A stretch of 60,710 bases of DNA from Folioceros fuciformis (taxonomy: Eukaryota), in NCBI GenBank assembly GCA_049999805.1, contig JBNGIO010006294.1, positions 1-60,710 on the forward strand, written 5' to 3'. The translations under genes were made by a program, and so were the position numbers. Positions 23,413 through 37,404 of the stretch are shown here, in pieces. The notes beneath the pieces were generated by a model, which saw only the letters and a list, made by a program, of their open reading frames with translations, was not told where the DNA came from and made no database searches. How positions within the stretch are numbered: the first letter of the stretch is position 1; each line of letters opens with the position of its first letter.

Positions 23413-26400
23413 ATGGCCACAGCGAAGGCTAAAGCTTCTTTTCTTCTCTTTGCACGTCATTGGCTTTCAGGCAACACGAAACAAAGATGTGTGCGTACAG
23501 GGATCCCACGAGGAGCTCATTCTAACCTGATCTTAGGGAGTCGACCCCTGGCAAGCAAAGCCTCCAGGTGCAGAAGCGTTAGGAGCCCAGCTATTCCACT
23601 TCTGGAAACCTGTGTGGGTAGGGACAGGTTTACCAGCGATGGTCGTTGCCAGGAGCAGGAGCACCTGTGGCAACAATTCTTTCTGGAGCCTACCATGTGG
23701 TGGGACTACAGACGAGATAAGAAGAGCTTCCGTTCTCCTGACTTCCGGCGAAAGGGGTCCGGCGAGGAGCTGTGCTTAAGCGACGTATTCAAGCCAGCTT
23801 GGGTTGATGAGCAGCTCATTTCCTTGGATGTGCAGATGGGCCATTGTGCCAGTGGAAGGAGTCCAGCACTTCCACGTCCAATGGGACATGATGCCAGTGT
23901 AAGGAGCCCAGCAGTTCCAATTCGGATGGGCCGTGGTGCCTTTCCTTCCCAGTCCAGGTCTCAGGATAGGCCTGAACTTGGGAGGCGTGCAAGATCGAAA
24001 ATGGGGATTACTGCTGTTACCGTGGGCACGTTATGTCAACAGGGGAAGCTTTCTGAGGCCGTTGGAGCCCTGGAATCTCTGACGCTTGTAGACTCTCCCA
24101 TTTCTCAGTCAGCATTGTACACTGTACTGAAATTGTGTACAGCCAAGAAGGATCTGGTTGTGGGACGACGAGTTCATGACCTCATTATCAAACTTGGGTA
24201 TGAGTCGAGTACTTTCTTGGGGAACCATATCTTGCGCATGTATGCAGTTGGAGGTAGGCTAGAGGAGGCCTTGGATGTGCTTACCAGGGTGAGCAAACCG
24301 GATGCCTTCATGTGGTCTTCCATAATATCCGCATATGCTAAGCAAGGGAAACCTAATGAAGCCATACAACTGTATCATGAGATGCGGGGGTCAGGAGTTA
24401 AGGCGGATGCTCACGTCTTTGTAGCTGCCCTTCAGGCTTGTGCATTTGCTGCCGACCTTGAATTTGGCAGACAAGTGCACCACGATGTGGTGAGGAGTGG
24501 CATTCCTACTAACTTGATTGTTGGCAACTGTCTGGTGGACATGTATGCAAAATGTGGCCGACTGAAAGATGCACGCCAGGTTTTTGACAGCATGGCAACG
24601 AAGAATGTGGTTACATGGACCGCCCTGATATCTGGGTACGCTAAATGTGGTCAACTGGAAGAAGCACGCCAGATATTTGACAGGATGAACAGAAAGGATG
24701 TGGTAACGTGGAATGCTCTGATATCTGCTTATGCACAGCAAGGACGTGGCCACGAGGTCCTTCTTCTGTATGGACAAATGGAGCAAGAGGGCCTGATTGC
24801 AGCGGATCACGTTACTTTTTCTTGCCTTCTGAATGCCTGTGCTAGCACTGGTGCCTTACAGAAGGGCAGGCAGCTGCACTGTCAGATTGTGAGAAAAGGA
24901 CTGCTCGATGATGTAGTGTTGGGTACCTGCCTTGTGGACATGTATGCAAAATGTGGTGAACTGGAAGATGCGCGCCAGGTTTTTGACAGCATGCCCACCA
25001 AGAACGTGGTGACATGGACCGCTCTGATCGCTGGGTATGATAGGCAAGGACTCGGTCAAGAGGCGCTTGAGGTGTATGGACAAATGGAGGAGGGGGGGCT
25101 TATTTTGGGTGATGATGCGTCTTTTGGTTGTCTTCTCAAGGCCTGTGGAAGTACTGGCGCCTTGCAAAAGGGCAGGCAGCTGCACTCACAGATGGTCAAA
25201 AGAGGGTTGCTGGATAATGTTGTGTTGGGCAACTGCCTGGTAGACATGTATGCAAAATGTGGTGAACTGGATGATGCTCGCCAGGTTTTTAACGGCATGG
25301 CGACAAAGAATGTGGTGACATGGAATGCCCTGTTAGCGGGATATGTACAGCAAGGACTCGGCCAAGAGGCGCTTGTTGTGTATGAACAAATGGAGCAGGA
25401 GGGCCTGATTGTGTCTGACGATGTGACTTTTGCTTGCCTTTTGAAAGCCTGTGGAAGCAGTGGTGCATTACAGAAGGGCAGGCAGCTGCACTCGCAGATT
25501 GTGGAAAAAGGACTTGTGGGTAACTTAGTGTTGGGCAACTGCCTGGTTGACATGTATGCCAAATGTGGTGAACTGGAAGATGCTCGCCAGGCCTTCGATA
25601 GCATGAACACAAAGGATGTGGTGACATGGAATGCCCTGATATCTGGGTATGGTACTTGTGATGATAGTCAGAAAGCACTATCTCGTTTTGAGGAGATGTT
25701 AGGTGCCGGTATTCAGCCCAATGATGTTACTTTTACTTGCCTTTTAGTGGCATGCGGTCACGGAGGCCTGGTCCTAGAGGGTCGCAAGCACTTCGATTCT
25801 ATGGCAGAACAGTATGGCATCAAACCTAGTATTGAGCATTGCAACTGTATGATTGATCTCCTTGGGCGTGCTGGCCATTTAGACGAGGCAGAGAAGATGC
25901 TACTACAATGTGACGGCCGAAGTAATGTTGTTGGGTTGACGTCTTTGTTGAACTCGTGTAAAGGTCACGGGGACATAGAGAGGGCAAGGTGGTGTTTCGA
26001 AAGCCTTGTGAGGCTGGACCCCCAGCAGGCGTCCGCATATGTGCTCATGGCCAATGCCTATGCGGATGCAGGCAGGTGGAGCGATGTAGACAGGATTGAG
26101 ACTCAGAGAAGGGTAGCGGGAGCTAACAAGAAACCTGCATTGGCGACCATTGAGGTGAACAAGCAGGTACATAAATTTATGGTGGGAGAAAAGAGAGAGG
26201 ATATTGCTCTTAAGGTAGAGACCACGAATGCACGGCTGAAGCTGGAAGGGGGCCACGTCCCTCATACGCAGTTGGTATTGAAGCCACTGTTTGAGAAGGA
26301 AAAGGAAGATGCCCTTTGTGGGCATGCTGAAAAGCTAGCTCTGGCGTTTGGTCTGTTGAACACTCCGAGTGGGACACCTCTGGTGGTAACGAAGAATCTA

Positions 26401-26532
26401 CGTATGTGCAGTGACTGCCACAGCTCCACGGAGATCATGTCAAGGCTTGAACGAAGGGACATTGTGGTAAGGGATGGGTACCGAGTGCACCGATTCGCAG
26501 CTGGTTGCTGCAGTTGTCAAGGTCGACCATGA
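23413..26532 (+). CDS. PLS-class PPR with N-terminal PDF motif and DYW:KP domain ending in GRP (tandem copy 1)
   Basis: 1039-aa intronless ORF with an R/S-rich transit-like N-terminus, P/L/S/SS motifs, KKPALATIEV, GHAEKLA, CSDCH and CSCQGRP. Confidence 0.96.
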   Translation: MATAKAKASFLLFARHWLSGNTKQRCVRTGIPRGAHSNLILGSRPLASKASRCRSVRSPAIPLLETCVGRDRFTSDGRCQEQEHLWQQFFLEPTMWWDYRRDKKSFRSPDFRRKGSGEELCLSDVFKPAWVDEQLISLDVQMGHCASGRSPALPRPMGHDASVRSPAVPIRMGRGAFPSQSRSQDRPELGRRARSKMGITAVTVGTLCQQGKLSEAVGALESLTLVDSPISQSALYTVLKLCTAKKDLVVGRRVHDLIIKLGYESSTFLGNHILRMYAVGGRLEEALDVLTRVSKPDAFMWSSIISAYAKQGKPNEAIQLYHEMRGSGVKADAHVFVAALQACAFAADLEFGRQVHHDVVRSGIPTNLIVGNCLVDMYAKCGRLKDARQVFDSMATKNVVTWTALISGYAKCGQLEEARQIFDRMNRKDVVTWNALISAYAQQGRGHEVLLLYGQMEQEGLIAADHVTFSCLLNACASTGALQKGRQLHCQIVRKGLLDDVVLGTCLVDMYAKCGELEDARQVFDSMPTKNVVTWTALIAGYDRQGLGQEALEVYGQMEEGGLILGDDASFGCLLKACGSTGALQKGRQLHSQMVKRGLLDNVVLGNCLVDMYAKCGELDDARQVFNGMATKNVVTWNALLAGYVQQGLGQEALVVYEQMEQEGLIVSDDVTFACLLKACGSSGALQKGRQLHSQIVEKGLVGNLVLGNCLVDMYAKCGELEDARQAFDSMNTKDVVTWNALISGYGTCDDSQKALSRFEEMLGAGIQPNDVTFTCLLVACGHGGLVLEGRKHFDSMAEQYGIKPSIEHCNCMIDLLGRAGHLDEAEKMLLQCDGRSNVVGLTSLLNSCKGHGDIERARWCFESLVRLDPQQASAYVLMANAYADAGRWSDVDRIETQRRVAGANKKPALATIEVNKQVHKFMVGEKREDIALKVETTNARLKLEGGHVPHTQLVLKPLFEKEKEDALCGHAEKLALAFGLLNTPSGTPLVVTKNLRMCSDCHSSTEIMSRLERRDIVVRDGYRVHRFAAGCCSCQGRP

Positions 26533-27540
26533 GTAACGTTGGACTACGGAGAGCGCCAACGAATTAGAATTTTCTCTCTCAGATGTACATAAGACGGTGT
26601 ACTTGATATGGGAAAAGCCTGATTCAGCAAGGACAACCAAGGAAGACCCTAAAGTCAAGGTGCAAAGGAGCAAAGCTACCTGAAGTTATCTATTGCCGCC
26701 AAAACGTGGTGTGCAGGAAGAACGAAAACCTTGTAGATCAGAAAAGAAGAGGAAGAAGCGTCATCTGTTGTTGCCTCGTTGCCATCAAGGGGCCCTTGGA
26801 AGAGCAATCGAAACTCCCTGACCGAACTGAGATACGAAATAGCAAGCAAGCACCGCATGAGAAGGATAATAACAACCTTTCGTTAATTCTACGTAGGGTC
26901 ACGTGGAACCCTTGTTACGCGATCTGTGGTTAGTTACAGCAGGAAACTCCCACATGAACGGGTTTGTTAGGGCTGCAGTTCTAGACCAGGTCCCACCCTA
27001 ACCCTCTCTGTTGGAGGTCGAGAGGATTCAGTACTGAGCTCGGACGTATCCCCTGCGACAGAGTCGGAAACGCGAGGTGTTTGGACGAGTTCATGTTTGG
27101 CAAATCTTCGGACAAGACACAAGTGACTGTTTCTTGTTCACGCCCTATCAAGTTGTTCAACTTGGTAGAACCTCCTTCTTCAGCTGATCTCAGCAGCCCG
27201 AAATCAACCATGAGCATGCGTGGAAGAGGGCTGCAGGTGCCGATGACACAATTGTTCGGTGCAGGTTCACGTCCAGGTGTAGGTGTCAATGTCCAGTTAA
27301 GGTGCTGGTGTCAATACTACATCCTTCAGATGCAGTCCAGCCTTTCTATTATGCAGCAATTTCCCACGTCCGTAGCAAAACCCAATGCCCGCTGTTCAGC
27401 AGCTTTGTAGGCATAACCATTCTCCGTCCAGGTCAGTCCACCAACCCTGGCCTGGCTGCTGCGGGTTAAGGCGCGTAACGAGGACGCTTTTGTTAGCGGC
27501 CTCGTCTTGTCCATGCACTTCCGACAGCGCTTATTGAACG

Positions 27541-30500
27541 ATGGCCAACGCGCAGGCTAAGGCTTCTTTCCTTCTCCTCGCACGTTATTGGCTTTCAGGT
27601 GGAACCCGACGAATTGGTGGGTGTACAGGGATTCTACGAGGAGGTCATTCGAATCTGGGTTTATGGAGTCGATCCCTGGCCAGCAAAGCCGCCAGGGGCA
27701 GTAGTGTAAGGAGTCCAGCACTTCCAGTTCTGGAAAGGTATGTAGGTAGGGACGGGTTGTCCAGCGATGGTCGTTGCCAGGAGCAGGAGCACTTGTGGCA
27801 ACAATTTTTCCTGGAGCCTACCATGTGGTGGGACTATAGACGAGATAAGAAGAGCTTCCGGTCTCCTGACTTCCGGCGGAAGGGGTCTGGCGAGGAGCTA
27901 TGCTTAAACGATGTGTTTAAGCCAGCTTGGGTTGATGAGCAGCTCATTTCCTTGGATGTGCAGATGGGCCACGGTGCCAGTGGATGGAGTCCAGAACTTC
28001 CACGTCCAATGGGTCATGATGCCAGAGCAAGGAGCCCAGCAATCTCGAATCGGATGAGCCGTGGTGCCTCTCCTTCCCAGTCCAGGTCTCAGGACAAACC
28101 TGCACCTGGGAGGCGTGCTAGATCAGAAATGGGCGTCGTGACCGCTGTTCCCGTGAGCACGTTATGTCAACAAGGGAAACTTTCTGAGGCCGTTGGAGCC
28201 CTGCAATCTCTGGCTGACACAGACTATCCCATTTCTCCGTCTCTGTTCTACACCGTACTGAAATTGTGTACAGCCAAGAAGGATTTGGTCGCGGGGCGAC
28301 TAGTTCATAATCTCGTTGTCAAACATGGATATGAGTCGAGTGCATTCTTGGGGAACCATATCTTACGAATGTATGCTGTTGGAGGTAGGCTAGAGGAGGC
28401 CTTGGATGTGCTCACCAGGGTTGGTGAGCCGGATGCCTTCATGTGGTCTTCCATAATATCCGCATACGCTAAGCAAGGAAAACCTAATGAGGCCATTCAA
28501 CTATATCATGAGATGCGGAGGTCAGGAGCTAAGGCGGATGCTCACGTCTTTGTAGCTGCCCTTCAGGCTTGTGCATTTGCTGCTGACTTGGAATCTGGCA
28601 GACAAGTGCACCACGATGTGGTGAGGAGTGGCATTCCCATTAACTTGATTACTGGCAACTGCCTGGTGGACATGTATGCGAAATGTGGTCAACTGAAAGA
28701 TGCACGCCAGGTTTTTGACAGCATGGCCACAAAGGATGTGGTGACATGGACTTCCTTGGTATCTGGGTATGCAAGAAGTGGTGAACTGGAAGCTGCACGT
28801 CAAGTTTTTGACAGCATGAACAGAAAGGATGTGGTGACATGGACTGCCCTGATATCTGGTTATGCACAGCAAGGACGTGGCCACGAGGTGCTTCTTCTGT
28901 ATGGACAAATGGAGCAAGAGGGCCTGATTGTGGCTGACCGTTTTACTTTCGCAGGCCTTTTGAAGGCCTGTGGGATTACTGGTGCGTTGCAGAAGGGCAG
29001 GCAGCTGCATTCACAGATTGTGGAAAAAGGACTGCTTGATGACGTAGTGTTAGGCAACTGTCTGGTGGACATGTATGCAAAATGTGGTGAATTGAAAGAC
29101 GCACGCCAAGTGTTTGACAGCTTGTCCGCAAAAGACGTTGTGACGTGGACTTCCCTGATTGCTGGGTACTCTCAGCGAGGTCTCGGTCAAGAAGCGCTTG
29201 TTGTCTATGGACAAATGGAGGAGGGGGGTCTTATTTTGGCCGACGATTTTACTTTCTCATGCCTTCTGAAGGCCTGTGGAAGTACTGGTGCCTTGCAAAA
29301 GGGCAGGCAGCTGCACTCACAGATTGTCAATAGAGGACTGCTGGATAATGTTGTGTTAGGCAACTGTCTGGTAGACATGTATGCGAAATGTGGTGAACTG
29401 GATGATGCTCGCCAGGTTTTTAATAGCTTGGCTACGAAGAATTTAGTGACATGGAATGCCCTGTTAGCTGGATATGTACAGCAAGGACTCGGCCAAGAGG
29501 CGCTTGTTGTGTATGAACAAATGGAGCAGGAGGGCCTGTTTGTATCTGACGATGTGACTTTTGCTTGCCTTTTGAAAGCCTGTGGAAGCAGTGGTGCATT
29601 ACAGAAGGGCAGGCAGCTTCACTCACAGATTGTGGAGAAAGGACTGATGGATAACGTAGTGTTGGGCAACTGCCTGGTTGACATGTATGCCAAGTGTGGC
29701 GAATTGAAAGGTGCACGCGAGGCTTTTGACAGCATGCACACAAAGGATGTGGTGACATGGAATGCACTGATATCTGGGCATGGTACTTGTGATGACGGTT
29801 TCACAGCACTATCTTGTTTTGAGGAGATGTTAGGTGCCGGTATTCAGCCCAATGATGTTACTTTTACTTGCCTTTTAGTAGCATGCGGTCATGGGGGACT
29901 GGTCCATGAGGGTCGCAAGCACTTTAATTCCATGGTGGAACTGCATGGCATCAAACCTAGTGTTGAGCACTGCAATTGTATGATCGACCTTCTTGGGCGT
30001 GCTGGTCATTTAGATGAGGCACAGAAGATGCTATTGTTATGTGATGGCCAAAGTAACGTTGTCGGGTTGACGTCTTTGTTGAATGCCTGTAAAAGTTATG
30101 GCGACATAGAGATGGCGCGGTGGTGTTTTGAAAACATTGTAAAGCTGGACCCGCAGGAGGCGTCTGCATATGTGCTCATGGCCAATGCCTATGCGGATGC
30201 AGGTAGGTGGAGCGATGTAGACAGGATTGAAACACAGAGAAGGGTAGCCGGAGCTTACAAGAAGCCTGCATTGGCGACCATTGAGGTGAACAAGCAGGTC
30301 CATAAATTTTTGGTGGGAGAGAGGAGAGAGGATATTGCCCTTAAGGTAGAGAGCACGAATACTCGTCTCAAGCAGGAAGGAGGCCACGTACCTCATACAC
30401 AGTTGGTTTTAAAGCCACTTTTTGAGAAAGAAAAAGAAGATGCGCTTTGTGGGCACGCTGAGAAGCTAGCTCTGGCGTTTGGTCTGTTGAACACTCCAAG

Positions 30501-30663
30501 TGGGACACCTCTGGTGGTTACAAAGAATTTACGCATGTGCAGTGACTGCCACAGTTCTACGGAGATCATGTCAAGGGTTGAACAAAGGGACATTGTGGTA
30601 AGGGATGGGTACCGAGTGCATCGATTCGCAGGTGGTTGCTGCAGTTGTGAGGGTCGGCCGTGA
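27541..30663 (+). CDS. PLS-class PPR with N-terminal PDF motif and DYW:KP domain ending in GRP (tandem copy 2)
   Basis: 1040-aa ORF collinear with copy 1, ending CSCEGRP. Confidence 0.96.
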   Translation: MANAQAKASFLLLARYWLSGGTRRIGGCTGILRGGHSNLGLWSRSLASKAARGSSVRSPALPVLERYVGRDGLSSDGRCQEQEHLWQQFFLEPTMWWDYRRDKKSFRSPDFRRKGSGEELCLNDVFKPAWVDEQLISLDVQMGHGASGWSPELPRPMGHDARARSPAISNRMSRGASPSQSRSQDKPAPGRRARSEMGVVTAVPVSTLCQQGKLSEAVGALQSLADTDYPISPSLFYTVLKLCTAKKDLVAGRLVHNLVVKHGYESSAFLGNHILRMYAVGGRLEEALDVLTRVGEPDAFMWSSIISAYAKQGKPNEAIQLYHEMRRSGAKADAHVFVAALQACAFAADLESGRQVHHDVVRSGIPINLITGNCLVDMYAKCGQLKDARQVFDSMATKDVVTWTSLVSGYARSGELEAARQVFDSMNRKDVVTWTALISGYAQQGRGHEVLLLYGQMEQEGLIVADRFTFAGLLKACGITGALQKGRQLHSQIVEKGLLDDVVLGNCLVDMYAKCGELKDARQVFDSLSAKDVVTWTSLIAGYSQRGLGQEALVVYGQMEEGGLILADDFTFSCLLKACGSTGALQKGRQLHSQIVNRGLLDNVVLGNCLVDMYAKCGELDDARQVFNSLATKNLVTWNALLAGYVQQGLGQEALVVYEQMEQEGLFVSDDVTFACLLKACGSSGALQKGRQLHSQIVEKGLMDNVVLGNCLVDMYAKCGELKGAREAFDSMHTKDVVTWNALISGHGTCDDGFTALSCFEEMLGAGIQPNDVTFTCLLVACGHGGLVHEGRKHFNSMVELHGIKPSVEHCNCMIDLLGRAGHLDEAQKMLLLCDGQSNVVGLTSLLNACKSYGDIEMARWCFENIVKLDPQEASAYVLMANAYADAGRWSDVDRIETQRRVAGAYKKPALATIEVNKQVHKFLVGERREDIALKVESTNTRLKQEGGHVPHTQLVLKPLFEKEKEDALCGHAEKLALAFGLLNTPSGTPLVVTKNLRMCSDCHSSTEIMSRVEQRDIVVRDGYRVHRFAGGCCSCEGRP

Positions 30664-30929
30664 GGAAAATGGAAGTGTACCCAGAGGTGAAGTGTTTTCG
30701 CCAAGGAATTTGCCATTTTCTTTGCAGAGGTAATGCTCAGGGTTAATCCGTCCCTGTCCAAGCCGATACATGACCTTGACATTCCTCCGGCGAAAAACTC
30801 TAGAGACCCATTTATTTGGGCGATCGTTGCAACAGTCCTAAATCTTCAACCAGGGGCATCTCAAGTCCAAGGTTTCCAGCCATGAGTTGGTGTTCTCTCT
30901 GTTGCGTATCGAAGGAAAAGCCGTCTGAG

Positions 30930-31140
30930 CAGTGGGAAAGTACTGGCGCCTTATAGGAGGGCAGGCAACATCACTTGCTGATAACTTGAAAGAGGGACTG
31001 CTGGATGACATACTGGTGGGCGGCCTTCCTGGCGGACAAATTTGCAGAGAGCTGTGAACTGGAAGCTGCTGGTCTGGTGACGGCATGGCCTGAAAGGATG
31101 TGGGTTTCCTTGATTGTCTTGTATGCGGAACATGGTTGCA
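30930..31140 (+). pseudogene. Degenerate PLS-PPR fragment related to the GRP pair
   Basis: STGAL*EGRQHH.../GLLDDILVG/LADKFAESCELEAA...WVSLIVLYAEHG resembles STGALQKGRQLH..GLLDDVVLG..MYAKCGELEDA. Confidence 0.7.
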
Positions 31141-31815
31141 ACATGTGTTTCCACATGTTTTTTGAAATGTTCAAAATAGTAAACGGACGACACAACAACC
31201 TTTTGGTCTTTTTCACACTTTTATCCAACGTTTCAGGTTGAAGACTCTGCACATTCTACTTCCTCCCCATCCCGTCTTGGGAGTGTAGAGAATCGGATTG
31301 TGACGAACTCAGGTGCGCTTTTTGGTAACAAGTGAATCGTCTGGCACAGCTCAGACTCTAGCCTGTGATTTCCCAGAGCTGCACGTTGCGGCCTTCGATA
31401 TATTGAAATCCAAAAACTGGGATCACGCACGAGCAAGCACAGTGAACATCATGGTGGGGAAGAGCATGGACGAACGCGACTTGTTTCTTGAGAAGGTGCT
31501 CTAATTTCGTTGCCGATGCTCGCCGGGGCAGGGTTGTTAACCGTTTCTTCGACCTTGAAACGCACAAGTCCACGAATTCGATGATCGGGGCGATGCACAC
31601 TGCCAGGACAATTAGCGTTAGGTTGTTCAGGGAACTGGCCAGTACGAACCGTAGCAAACCGTCCCTCATGCTTCCCACACTTCTCAAATGTCACGAAGAG
31701 CTCTAAAATCCTTTGCAGGAAAGGAAAGTCTCCGATGATAAACCTCTAGTTTCCAACCAAAACGAAAGGCAGTGCATTCGGTACGCCGGAAGTGATCGAT
31801 TTTTGTGCCTGCGTT

Positions 31816-33416
31816 ATGGCTGCCTCCTCCTTCTCTGCCCTTTCTCCCAAGCAAGTTGCCTTCTTCAACTCTCAAGGTGTGTGATGTTCCTGGTCCCGGG
31901 TCCAAAGTTCGGAGCTGAAATTCTGGTAATTCTGGGCGTGAATTTCTGGTGCCTCTGAGGAGTAGGTTACCTTGTGCTGGAGGACTTTGCAAGTGGGGAG
32001 GAATGTGAATCCTTAATTCGGAGGATGGAGACTTTGGTGGACAACTTCGACCCCTCCATCATATCCATATTCACTTCGGACGACAAGGTTTGGGTTCACG
32101 TCCTTCGCTTGCTGGGTATGGTGCACAAAGTTATACGGGCTGAGCGGACGAGTGTGGTGTCTATTGTGCAGAAGAGCAGTCTGGACTCTTACTTTTGGGA
32201 CAGTGCCAACAACATTTCCTTCTTCTTCGAGGGTGAGGACCAGATTCTTAACTCGTCACGGCAGCTTACACCGGGGGTAACTAAACTGAGTTGTTTCGTG
32301 CTGGTGCAGAAAAGGCGTTTGATGAACAAGGTGTTCTCAAGCAGCCTAAGGCGCTGTCAATCAACAAAGTTGGTCACGGTACGCCGTGTGGATGCCTGGC
32401 AACTCTCTCTTCGTCATGCGTCGCTAGGTATCATTTCGTACTATATGCACTCCGTTGGCCATAACAACTCATTGGCTTGCTTGCTGCATGACCTACCATA
32501 GCTCTCCACGACCTTGATCCAGTGTTCCACGAATACAGCTACTCTGATGCTATTAAAGGTTTGCTAGCATCGTTGAGGTACAGGAAACCAGGACTCATCC
32601 AGTCCATGCACATATTCAAGGTGGGGGAGTTGCCGGCAAATGCAAGTGTATCCTTGGAGTGGCAGTTTGACTCACTCGATGTACTGTCCAGCAACCTGGC
32701 ATAGGCGGAGAGGTGGTTCCTCATCAAGACAGCACATTTTTGTACACCAACCCGTCGTCGTGCATAGGATTGTGGCAAGCTCTGGAAGATGCCAACGTGG
32801 ACAATGGCTGTCTGTATGTTCTGCCTCAATCGCACAAAGGTTTTTCAAGCACTGGTCTTCTTCTTGTACTTTCGTGGCCTTTGCCTCCTCTTCGGCTCCG
32901 TAACGTTCCTTTTTTTCTGAATCATACGCTCCGTTGCTCCAGATGGGCTTTCCAGACGGTTTATCCGAGACAGTCAAGGCCACAGGTTTGATAAGGAGTC
33001 CTCAGCGTATGAGAGCTAGAAGTTTATACCTCTTGAGGTCAAGGCGGGCTCCTTAGTACTACTGCACGGAGAGCTTGTACATAGAAGGTGCATTACGGTG
33101 GCTTTGCCCCAGAAAAACAGGGCCTCTTGTTGTATGTAGCAGAAGATAACTCCTTGTGTACTCCTGCAGTTCAGAAAACAAATCCGCTAAATCCAGACAC
33201 GCGTACAGTGTTCATGCGGTGGAGATGAATCGCTGCACATGGGCTGAGGATAACTGGTAAGTCAATCCAGTGCCAGCATGGGATACTTTGTTCGTCCAAG
33301 ACTTTTGACGGGCTTCATCTATGGGGCAGACGAGTCTGACCTTAACCTACACGTACAGGCTGCAGAGGAGTTTGGACTTTCCCCTGCAACCCATCAACCT
33401 AGACACGTCTGGTTGA
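31816..33416 (+). CDS. Phytanoyl-CoA dioxygenase domain protein (PHYHD1/PAHX-like) with an in-frame stop; possible pseudogene
   Basis: Exons give [83 protein letters not shown] and [11 protein letters not shown] at 33017-33019. Confidence 0.85.
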
Positions 33417-34003
33417 AGTTCAGCTCGTCATGCATTCTGAAACATTCTGATGAGATACAATTTAAAGAGCTGTATAGTGATGGCACGGAACGTGACCAGG
33501 GAAAGGACAATTGTCATAGAAGGAAGAGGCCCCAGGGGCATTGATGCAACCATGTGACTTCTTCAGAGACCCTCCTAAATGCCTCCATTGGTGGAGAGGA
33601 GGATCCTGCCAGTTGTCAGGCTGGGCACCCCCCCTAGTGAATTTTCTGGATTTCACCATCGTGTAAAAACGATACAGATTAGCTATGGTGCGAAAGGATG
33701 ACGACACCATCGTCTTCTAGGGCTAACACAAGCATCCTCGCGCTGTGTGCCAAGTGTGCTACCCTGCCCGCGGTGAAGGGAGGCCGCGTGGCGGTGAAAG
33801 GGTCATTTGCAACAGAGCTTGACTCCTGGAGGCCTGTACCGACTCCATTCAGACCAGCCGTTAATTGAGACTGGGGACTGCTCCCCCTTTGTTAAGGCAA
33901 CACTCCCGGGACATCCCAGGACCTGCGCTGACACAAGGAACGAGCTCAGGCATCAGAATTTCGGTGACTCAATTCTTCGTTGAAAGAGCTGGCGTGGAGA
34001 GCG

Positions 34004-36856
<2,853 letters not shown>

Positions 36857-37404
36857 TTTTCGATGTACATTACGTACTTTCTGGGCTAACGCAACTCAAA
36901 GGTTTGATTGATCACGAGCAAACCTCGAAGCTTTTACCGCATGGACATGGAAAGTTGTCAGCAGGTTATGTGGATGTGTTTCAGAAGAAGACAAAGTTTC
37001 CGAAAGGACCACGGAATCCGCACGAAATTGATCAATATCCATGTGTTCCCGAACTCCAGGGTGGATTTGGCGTACATCTGTTATTTAGATTCGGCTTGAC
37101 GATCGTGTGTGAGCGCCGTAGCCAGACGCTATGGTAGACTGCCGGAGTCTTTGAAATAAATTTGTTTGATCGTTTGTACTGCACCAGGAGCAGAGGACTT
37201 TCCGCGTCGTTATTGGGTCCAGTCAGGAGTTCATCTTGTGATCTCAGGTCTTCATACGAAAGGCATCGATGCGTTTGCGCATTATCGGTTCGGAATTTCG
37301 CAGCCACTCTCCGGTTTCACACCCAACTCGGGATCCAGACCGTTTGGGACTCCAGGAATGATGTGGAAACCCTAACACGTGGAAGTAGATATCACAGGAC
37401 ATGT

